Source of the DNA: Lingula anatina
Lineage: Eukaryota > Animalia > Brachiopoda
Length of the DNA stretch: 64,000 bases
Reading direction: 5' to 3'
Assembly (NCBI GenBank): GCA_051362555.1
Contig: CM120641.1
Coordinates: 43,282,401-43,346,400 of the forward strand
A program made the position numbers and the translations under genes. Positions 14,701 to 23,952 of the stretch are shown piece after piece. The notes beneath the pieces are model-generated. The model was not told where the DNA came from. It saw nothing but the letters and a program-made list of their open reading frames with translations, and searched no databases. Positions within the stretch are counted from its first letter, which is position 1. Each line of letters starts with the position of its first letter.

Positions 14701-14968
14701 CATTTATAAAAACAAAGGCACCCTACTAACCTTAGAATTGCTTACTTTCCAATGACTAATGCATATCATCACATATTGTCAGGGGCCACAGTACTGAAAA
14801 AATTGTTATTAAATATTTTTAATACTATTTCTTTTTTCTGTTATTTCAACTAATATTTATAATATCATATTTTATTTAACGAAATCTTACATTTTGTCCA
14901 AGCAAACCAAGCAGCTCCTCACTACTCCCACTCTCAGCCGCTTGCAGCAACAGGCCTCGGCTGGTCAT
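2781..14968 (-). CDS. NCAPG2: Condensin-2 complex subunit G2 (HEAT-repeat), multi-exon
   Basis: Spliced translation follows NCAPG2 motifs as I recall them: MTSRGLLLQAAES (ATG 14968), FCETWWNEDLEGKEDL (~13268-13425), GRLFLSFLFSLN, YGDIYFRAWR, CIQDLMYHAVH, GVDEMLLRLYEPILWRSLK, NVRANAAALMIDAFP, LLEDPCPVVR..LAWDAASSDVRVAV (~10420-10599), HDTSEKVRVAFMEMLLKVK (~10002-10154), FWTIVPMEHLLARLE..AARRFYQYAH (~9397-9619), FFLEELYHCL (~4076-4177), last exon ~2781-2847 ending TAA. GT-AG boundaries are phase-compatible where checked. Probable non-coding exon 1 at ~15301-15350. Confidence 0.95.
10641..10812 (+). mobile_element. Non-autonomous DNA transposon-like repeat in an NCAPG2 intron
   Basis: Ends gcccatagccag ... 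ctggctatgccg are imperfect inverted repeats. The same terminal sequence (tagccagcaatttcaa) recurs reverse-complemented at ~29282-29305. Confidence 0.5.
13941..13996. repeat. 27-bp tandem duplication (ctacactagaatgatccatgtagataa x2)
   Basis: Direct repeat visible in an NCAPG2 intron. Confidence 0.85.
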
Positions 14969-15300
14969 CTTCTTGGCTGGTCGGGAAAAAGTAGCCAGTT
15001 TTAAGTTTATGAAAAATATCAGAGTTATACTTTGACACATATGATGTTGTGACACTTGTCCCGTGATACCCACAACATTTAAAGTGCCACTTTTTATACT
15101 TTTAGGCACTTTAGAATATATCGACTAACAATTGAACATTTAAACTACCAATTTGTATTTTAAGTCGAATACGTTTTAACAACTTAGGATTTATACAAGC
15201 CTTAAGAGTACCTTAAACATCTACATATATGTTTTGCAGATATAAAACAAAAAAAATTATGCAACAAAATCCACTGTTATTCAAATACAAGTAAAAATAC

Positions 15301-15536
15301 CTGAATAAAAATCCTAATTTGCTTCGCCGCCAAAAATTTACATTCGCTAGGTGGTCCGCAGCAAATATAACGGCGCTTTTCGATTAGCTATAATCTATAG
15401 TCGAACCTACCACATTTTTCATTGACATTACAACAGCTACTGCATTGACAATCGTAATGAAACTAATAGAGTATTGGAAAACATTGAACGGATAGTTTGA
15501 TTCTGCCGCACTTCCTGGAGTAAGTAAAAGGTAAGT
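15301..15536. promoter_or_regulatory. Probable bidirectional promoter between NCAPG2 and a + strand transcript
   Basis: Minus-strand donor at 15300/15301 (cag|gtattt) and + strand donor aag|gtaagt at 15530/15531, ~230 bp apart. Locally CpG-richer, with E2F-like TTTGGCGG (minus, 15327-15334) and ETS-like cacttcctg (~15509-15517). Confidence 0.5.
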
Positions 15537-16171
15537 TAGGAAATATCACCTACAAATGAAGACTTTGGCATAGAGAGATTACAATTACAGTGATCAAGGA
15601 TTCTTTTGCAGTCAGCTATATAAGCCTTTTAAAAGCGGCACTTTGGGTTCGTTTTCATTAGAAATATTTTACGTACGCTCTTCATTAGGTTGATTAACAA
15701 AATGTTTCGATGTAAGATATAGATTTTAGGGTCAAACTTGTTGAAATGTGTTTTGTCTTTAACCATTTTTTATATCAAATGAGGGCAAGAAAATAAGCAT
15801 TAAAACCCGATAGGGGCCTATGTCAATTTACAATCCACCATTTAAATAGGGTAACTCTATTGGGGCGATTGGTTTGCCTCATTCAGGTAGCATCTAGTCG
15901 TCATATAAACGCTAGTCCACATAAATAAGTTAGATAAACATCCACACACTTGCTCAAATATTATGCTATGATAAAAAAAACTCTATTAGTGAACTGAGAT
16001 TTAAAATGTCAACATGTTCCTTTCTTAAGCGATAGGACTAAGTCAACTATGGCTAAACGCATTCACTGTACAACAAACAGGTGGAATAACTTCATAAAAC
16101 TTCTGTACACAACCGTGACAACATGTTAGCCAACTCAGTTCAATAAAGAAATGTATCGCTCTCATTTACGC

Positions 16172-16295
16172 ATCATCATCATCATCATCATCACCATCAT
16201 CGTCCCAATGCTCCGCATATCGAAGATTGTCGGCACACTCCATAGACCAAGCCCCTCCACTTCTTTCTATCAACTGCTGTCCTCGTGACCCCTGT
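16172..16295 (-). mobile_element. 3' end fragment of an RTE-like LINE with (TGA)n tail
   Basis: Minus translation ..RTAVDRKKWRGLVYG.. resembles the RTE ORF C-terminus (AxDRxxWRxxV) and runs directly into a (GAT/TGA)n microsatellite tail, as is typical of the RTE clade. Confidence 0.6.
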
Positions 16296-17544
16296 TAAAT
16301 TTTTTAAAATGTCGACGTGTTTTTTGCTAAAAGCGATAGAACTAAGTAAACAATTACGCATGCATGACTTAAAATCCACAATGCCGACTAGTCAGTTGAA
16401 ATCCCAGTCCCCGACCATTTAGACAGGAGAGGGGGATTTTATACCGATTTAAATTAGCAGCGTGATTCAACGGGTAGACGGGGGATTTTACCTTAAACAC
16501 AATCTTTAAAATAGATGGGGGAGTTAATTAGTGTTGGAATTAACGCTGAACCAGAAGTTGATGGAAACTAGGCCTACTAGTAGCAGGCGCTGAGAAGACT
16601 GCATGAGCCCATACGCAGTAACTACTCGTTTGCTGTCAAGGCCGTCCTCACAAAGAAGAAAAGGTAAGAATTTGACTTTCATTCAAATTTTTATCGCATA
16701 CAATTATTTCGTTCAAAATAACTTGATTCAAATTTGATTTTTTTTTTCGGTTTTTTTTTTTCGTGCATTTGTTGTTTTCTTTGTAAAGATCAAATATGCG
16801 TACAGAACACCGGGGGCATAGTACCGGTGGGTTTTACAAGAAAGAAACACTTTGTGACCAGGGAAAATATACACTTTTAACAATGCATAGATGTTAAAAA
16901 ATTCCTCGCACTGTCTCGGAAGTCAGGGGGGTGGGGGGGCGGAGTTTCAATTGACTGGTGCATAATTTTCAATAACTTTTGCTACATGCAGATTTTTATT
17001 GAGCGATGCCCTTACTGAATTGATATCATTATTGATTAATGCTCTTGACGAAAGACTGGAAACAAGGTGCGAATTAACTAAGATATCGGCAAAAGAACCA
17101 GGACACAGTGATAAGTTAATCAAGCATTTACACTGAATAATGCAATGGCGGATCCGGGGGAGGGGGGGGGCACAGTGGGTCCGTTGCCCTCCCCCTTTTT
17201 ACCTTGGCTCTGAGAGTACCCCTTTCTCCCTTTTCACAGACAAATCCAAGTATTTTAAAAAAATACCCGACAATACTGATAATAATAATCCTTTGCCCAA
17301 CATATTACAATGGGCGTATCTGCTGTTTTATATTGCCTCGTTTCATTCGTCATTTTTTATCCAATTTCTTTTACGCCAGCAAGAAGCCGGGTTTTTTTTC
17401 TCGAGAACTGCCAAAAGACCTGACCACCTTTCAGAAAGAGAGAATATTGGAGCTGGGCGGCTGACCCAAAAAGTGAAATAGGCCAAGAAAAGCAAAGACA
17501 GCCCACTGCTCCTTATCCCTGCAGCAGTAACACTGCCTCTGGTT

Positions 17545-20500
17545 CAACATGGCAGAACCTGTGGTTTTTAATTCACCATTTCTCGCTCTTATCGGTAAGT
17601 TTGTCCACGCAGGGAATTATACCGATATAATTCCCTGGTCCACGCAACTCCCTATGTTTTTATGTTAAGCATGTGAATACGGCGTATATGAGCGCACATA
17701 ATTGTTTTAACAAGACTAGCTGAACAGAAAATATCAAGAAATTAATGGACATCAATGAAAGATATCCCAAGCTCACATCTTCCATTCATTCAAAACGCTG
17801 TGTACGGACTCTTAATTTAAACAGTATATCAAAATTTTCATATTTAACTAAACCTGATGTATATGTTCTCGACATTTTATTTGTTTCTAACTCTTCTTAA
17901 ATGTTTTAAACATGGGTTATACGTGAAATAATGTAGAGCTGATTGCATTTTCTATGCATAAAAATCACCTGTCTTACAAACATGAAGATGATGGCGTATT
18001 CAATCCTGCTTACATATAATTTTTTTTCAAAATATTTTTCAGTTGTGCTTCGTACAGCCTTGTCGTTGTACTTAGGAGGAATCGACAGATATTTTTATCG
18101 TCATGCTAAGGACAAAAGTGTTCAAACTGCACTGATTACTCTGTTTACGAACATAATGCGATGTGCTTTGGTATTTGTCACAGGGTAAGTGAAATCTCTT
18201 TCTTTCTTTCTCTGCGTGCGCGCACGCGTATGTTGTGTATTTGTTAACGCTGTGTTTTCTTATTCCTGTTTCATTTTGATGATCTCGGCATAGCTTGAAG
18301 AGAAAGTCTCTGTAATGTAAAAACTTATCGTTTGTGTATTTCCAGACAAACAGTGACAACCCTTGTGACTGGTCATTCTCTGCTGCCACACGATTTTTTC
18401 CTCCACGCCTGGATCATGGTGTTGATCCCTGTGCTTGCCTCGTGGTACAATGAAAATAACTTGGACAGCTTGTATGAGTGCTTCGTGACATTGACCCGGT
18501 TGGAACAAGTAAGAAGAGTTAGTTTATGTGAATGTGCAATGTTGACTGAATAAGACTAGGATTGCTTTGTTTGCATTTATTAGTCATTGCCATGTTTCAT
18601 TATGTTGGCTTTGTAATCGAAAAAAAGGTTAAAGAATAATAATAATATAGAGCAGTCAAATCACCTGAATTTCTGGAGATTATCCGAATGATTTCGTCAC
18701 TTAGTATTTGAAGTTAAAATCTAAAGAAGATAATATTTTGATTATTTATTTCTTGCACTAGAAAACTAATGACAGTAAAAACAGGAATATCAGCCAGAAA
18801 TTTGAAAGGTGTAGTTTACGCTAAAACTGATAAAATATTGTAACACCAGTTAACATTTTTCTCAACAGGATGACACCAACAACGCCCAGAACGAGCAGGA
18901 CGAAGACATTACGAGAGAGATAGAAGAAAATAAGCATCGTGCCACGTTAGCAATGACTAATATTAGCTGGGCACTGCTTATTGCCATCTTAATAGAGTGG
19001 CCAACGGCATTATTAATTGGCTACCAAATCTATCCGCTTCCTCTAATAGTAAACGCTCACAAATTTTTAAAAGCCATTCATCTCCTTTACGTGGTAGATA
19101 CTTTCCATCGTACTGCTCTATACGCTATACATTATCATAGAGTGGGTCTGAGTTTGCTGGAGAACCGCTTCTGCAACATTGGAGAACCTTTGGTTTTTAA
19201 TTCACCATTTCTCGTTCCAATCGGTAAGTTTGTCCACGCAACTCCTTATGTTTTTAAGTTAAGCATGTGGATACGACGTATTAGAGCGCACATAATTGTT
19301 AAAGACTAGCTGAACAGAAAAATATCAAGAAATGAATGGGCATCAGTGAAGGATATCCCAAGCTCGCATCTTCCATTCATTCAAAACGCTGTGTACGGAC
19401 TCTTAATTTAAACAGTATATCTAACTTTTCATATTTACACTAAACCTGATGTACATATTCTCGACATTATTTTTTGTTTCTAACTGTTCTTAAATGTTTT
19501 AAACATGGGTTATACGTCAAATAATGTAGTGCTAATTGCATTTTCTATGCATAAAAATCACCTGCATTACAAACATGAAGATGATGGCGTATTCAATCCT
19601 GCTTATATAATTTTTTTTTCAAAATATTTTTCAGTTGTGCTTCGTAAAGCTTTGTCGTTGTACTTAGGAGGAATCGACAGATATTTTTATCGTCATGCTA
19701 AGGACAAAAAGGTTCAGACTGCACTGATTTCTCTGTTTACGAACATAATGCGCTGTGCTTTGGTATTTGTCACAGGGTAAGTGAAATCTCTTTCTTTCTC
19801 TGCATGCGCGTACGCGTATGTTGTGTGTTTGTTAGCGCTGTATTTTTTATTCCTGTTTCGTTTTGATGATCTCGGCATAACTTGTGGAGATGTCCTTGTA
19901 ATATAATAAATTCATCCTCAGCACAAAACAAAATTATGTGTGTAATTTCAGGCAAACAGTGACAACCCTTGTGATTGGTCATTCTCTGCTGCCACACGAT
20001 TTTTTCCTCCACGCCTGGATCATGGTGTTGATCCCTGTGCTTGCCTCGTGGTACAATGAAAATAACTTGGACAGCTTGCATGAGTGCTTCGTGACATTGG
20101 CCTGGTTGGAAAAAGTGAGAAGAGTTTGTTTATTTGAATGCATTGGTGACTGATATGACTAGGATTGCTTTATTTGCATTCATTAGCCCACTGCCATGTT
20201 TCATGATGTTGGCTTTGTAATCAATAAAAAGGTTTAAGAATAATATAGAGCAGTCAAATCATCTGAATTTCTGGAGATTATCCGAATGATTTCGTCATCA
20301 CTGTTTGAAGTTAAAATCTAAAGAGGGTTTACTGTGATTATTTATTTTTTGCACTAGAAAACTAATCACAGTAAAAACAGGAATATCAGACAGAAATTTT
20401 ATGGGTGTAGTTTACGCTAAAACTGATAAAATATTTTAACACCAGTTAACATTTTTCTCAACAGGATGACACCAACAACGCCCAGAACGAGCAGGACGAA

Positions 20501-20771
20501 GACATTTCGAGAGAGATAAAAGAATATAAGCATCGTGCCACGTTAGCAATGACTAATATTAGCTGGGCACTGCTTATTGCCATCTTAATAGAGTGGCCAA
20601 CAGCATTATTAATTGGCTACCAGATCTACGCGCTTCCTCTAATAGTAAACGCTCACAAATTTTTAAAAGCAATTCATCTCCTTTACGTGGTAGATACTTT
20701 CCATCGCACTGCTCTATACGCTATACATTATCGTAGAGTGGATCTGAAATTGCTAGAGAACCGCTTCTGCA
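17545..20771 (+). repeat. Tandem segmental duplication, period ~1.6 kb
   Basis: Exons and introns of ~17545-19175 are repeated at ~19175-20771 (e.g. acceptors at 18043 and 19635), with scattered substitutions and intron indels. Confidence 0.95.
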
Positions 20772-20782
20772 CAGAAGTCTGA
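17549..20782 (+). CDS. Uncharacterised multi-pass membrane protein made of two in-frame fused ~220-aa repeats (7 coding exons, 442 aa)
   Basis: Exons 17549-17594, 18043-18184, 18346-18508, 18869-19223, 19635-19776, 19952-20114, 20465-20782. All introns GT-AG, phases 1,2,0,1,2,0; total 1329 nt with no internal stop; good Kozak aacATGg. Several hydrophobic segments per repeat. No family recognised. Possible upstream non-coding exons end at ~15530 and ~16663. Confidence 0.75.
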
Positions 20783-20816
20783 AAACCACTGCACAGTTCA
20801 CTGTGGGTCTAGGGCC

Positions 20817-20984
20817 GGTGTAACAGGAATGGAATTCCCAAACTTGGAAGTCCGGGCTCCCATATGATTTGTGCAGGTAAGGGCTAGTTGGTGTATTGCA
20901 GTTAGTATATTGGACTACTGTCACCTGTACAAAGTAATGGGAAGCGGACTACGGTTCCTAGCGGACTTCCATTCCTGTTACACC
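20817..20984. mobile_element. MITE-like element with 18-bp perfect terminal inverted repeats
   Basis: ggtgtaacaggaatggaa ... ttccattcctgttacacc. No clear TSD. Confidence 0.7.
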
Positions 20985-21313
20985 TGTTGCACAGTACCAA
21001 TTAAAGTCCTGAAGTTGGTCTTCACCTCCACACCTATATATTAATACACTATGACCCAAAAGAAATGGCTAAAGTTTTAGTCAATTACTTGTTTTATTTT
21101 AATTCACTACATCGGTATGTTGGATTGAAATAGACCAAACTTTCCTCTTTAAAGTTAAAGATCAACTTTCTTTCCGATCTAAAGGTAAAGACCTACTTTC
21201 TTAAGCAAAAGCGATCTCTGGGCATACTTTTCATTAGTTCACTGAAGTGCAGATTGCACTTGTTGGCCTGTCTTATAAAAATTAGAGTGGGAGAAAAACT
21301 CCATGAATACACA

Positions 21314-21672
21314 AGGGCGGATCAGGATTATTTCAATTGAGGCTCCTGGCCCCGTAACTAGAAAGCATCTAGCATTGCGACCGAGCGCAAGCGTCTTGAT
21401 TCCATAACTCGCCCATGCTCGCCCCATATAATACATTGTAGCCTCTATGTGATATAGCAATGCGCGATGCTTTCGAGTTAAGGAGCCGACTGACCTCGGA
21501 TGCAAAGCCGACCATCGCCCCCTTGGAGTGAGCAGTCCCCAAAAAATTTTAGGTATTTTGGAGGGCAAACGGTGCTCTTTGGTACGGTTTAGAACAATGA
21601 TTCAGCTAGTCGGAATTCTAATTTCAAGAGGTGTGGTATATTTTTCAGAAACCCAAGGGGGGTCAGGACCAC
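21314..21672 (+). mobile_element. Copy of the gggcggatc-terminated repeat family (related to 51373-51628)
   Basis: Starts agggcggatcaggattatttc. 21580-21670 aligns with 51510-51610 (tacggtttagaac..aattctaatttcaagagg..). A related left end lies at ~17143. Confidence 0.6.
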
Positions 21673-21737
21673 GTAACTCTAGTTTTCTCTCATAATATTA
21701 GTATGTAATATATGTAACATATGATGTTATAATTATG

Positions 21738-21812
21738 CATTTTTATTAGTTTCAGTTTAGTAACAGTAAGAAGACCATTTTTATTAGTTTCAGTTTAGTT
21801 ACAGTAAGAACA
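21738..21812. repeat. ~38-bp tandem duplication
   Basis: catttttattagtttcagtttagt(a/t)acagtaagaa occurs twice. Confidence 0.8.
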
Positions 21813-23403
21813 TATTATATTTATTGAGTGTTAAAAGTGAGCTATCTTTATTAGATGCAATATAATTAGTTTTTGAGGTTATATAATAAATAAAGTGTCG
21901 CAAACATAAATTAAGTGCCGCAGAGGTAAACAATTACAGTATCTCTGCGAAGTGGACTTCCCGATGTTCTGGGATAAATAACTGCTCACTATACCACTCT
22001 TGTGTAACACCTAAATGTGTTCTCTCCTGTGACTCTGGGTCACATTCATCTCCACTCAGACCAGACTTAGACCAGACAGAGGGAGACACCTAAATCTAGT
22101 TTTCTCTCTTCTAAGACTCCACAATTATGTAAGTAATATTTCAATTTCATGTATTTATTTTACAAAGACTATTGTTTTATTTGTAAGGAATATTGTAATG
22201 TATATTTGTAAGGAAATTTTGTACTTTTTTTAATGGCCAGCAATACCAAAATCAGTACAACAGTGCAATATTGTGATGTTTTAAAATATAAAGACAAAAG
22301 TTCGGTGGAGCTGTAAAACCTACCCCGATACAAACAGATCTTTCAGTGCAGTAATAATCCCCCCCCCCCCCAAAAAAAAAAAAAAAAGTGAATACCTTTT
22401 TATGTGGTAATTGCCTGGGCAATCAAGCGAAACATAAAATGCAGAAGGCTTAATCTGTCACTACCCTCAAGAGTTCGCATTTACAGACACGGGCATTCAG
22501 AGCGTGATGAGACAGAATGCGATTTTTGAAACCCACCTTTGTCTCAACTAACACAATTCATTTGAATCTTGTGATGTTGGTGATCTTTTCATTTATGTAT
22601 ATATATATGTGATGATTCTTGTCAAATAAATTGTGCATTTGAATATTAATAATTTAAGTTGTGCTTTGAATAAACAAATATTTATAGAAACACTGTCTTT
22701 CAATATAATTGGCTAAACATCTAATTAGCGCATGGACAACAAAGCCTTTCAAAAGCTCAAACGTAGGCCCTATTTTTCTAGGATACATAATTTCAATCTT
22801 ATAATTCCTTGCTATGTATGCTGTTTCAGGCCATGGTTTAGAATGATGTTTATATTGGTTTTGATCTTTTTAGCTCAAACTGAAGCTGTTAAACATTTCT
22901 ACACCTAAAATGGGTATGGGCAAAAGTTTCGACTCTGAAATCGCCTGCAATACAACACGTATTCAGATATACACATGTTCCACTGAATTGGAAAATTAAA
23001 CGGTTGTAATTAGTCAATTTATATAAATTTTATTGTCACTTATTGTGATACATAGAGTGACATATTGTAATAGGCCTACATCGAAATATATGGTTCAGAG
23101 AAACATTTTTATTGAATACTTTTTTGTTCTGTGATATAGCTACGCTTGTCTTCCATTGAGGGCATTATAATCATTCTTGTGAAACATCCTCGCCAAAAAA
23201 GACGTGCGCTTACCAGTCCTTAGCCATTTGGGGGATTGTGTTTCTAGCACCTTTATAAAGTTACGCATCCGTACAGATTTAAATTGGCTTGCGTTTCTTT
23301 GGAACAAGTTGGTCTCATTATATAGCACGCCATCAGTGATTCTCTCCCAAGGTTTGTACGTGTAATAAGCTCACATTTCAAATTATTCATTGCGGTTTCC
23401 ATG

Positions 23404-23952
23404 TCATTCAGCCAATGGTCCAAATAACTTGTTATAAAGACTGCTCTCGTCTTCGGAAAAATAAAACTCGTTCCAGGCCTGCTGCCATTCGTCTGCTGTT
23501 ATTACGCCATCTTTCTTGGTGTCCAGAGCCTCAAAAAAAGAATCCACATCATCTTGACCGAGGAATTTACACCAGGACGCCATTTCTTCCTTGGTGATGT
23601 TACCTCTTTGGTTGACATTAATAAGGTCGAAATTATTTGTGCAAACGTCTTTCAGGACAGCTCGAAAGGCGTCGGTGTTAATTTGTTCCTTTAAACTATT
23701 GATGAATTGTTCCTCACTAATGGCGGTAAATCTTGTGGTCAGCATCATTAGAATGGTCTGCCATTTTTCGCGTATTCTACGCGCCTGGTCTCCCTTCAAG
23801 CCGTTGGAAGAGATGTATCGAGCAGAGGCTGTCTTCCCGGCATCGCGGTTTAACTTGCCGTCTTTATTTACGCTGAAGCGATGGAAGACAGTCTTCATCT
23901 TTTTTAACCAAATGTCACTGAATTCTACCTGACGTTGCGCTGTGTCCGCCAT
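23404..23952 (-). CDS. Sarcoplasmic calcium-binding protein (SCP)-like EF-hand protein, single coding exon
   Basis: 182-aa ORF. SDIWLKKMKTVFHRF, ISEEQFINSLKE, FEALDTKKDGVITADEW and C-terminal LFGPL follow the annelid/mollusc SCP pattern. A splice acceptor just upstream of the ATG (~23969) implies a 5' UTR intron. Confidence 0.88.
   Translation of the reverse strand: MADTAQRQVEFSDIWLKKMKTVFHRFSVNKDGKLNRDAGKTASARYISSNGLKGDQARRIREKWQTILMMLTTRFTAISEEQFINSLKEQINTDAFRAVLKDVCTNNFDLINVNQRGNITKEEMASWCKFLGQDDVDSFFEALDTKKDGVITADEWQQAWNEFYFSEDESSLYNKLFGPLAE

Noticed and set aside
22003-22123. tgtaac...ccaca segment resembling a solo LTR
   Set aside because: Only ~120 bp, with no TSD and no second copy.
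23404-23952. Aequorin-like photoprotein call
   Set aside because: Closer to the SCP pattern, with degenerate Ca loops; photoprotein catalytic residues could not be verified by eye.
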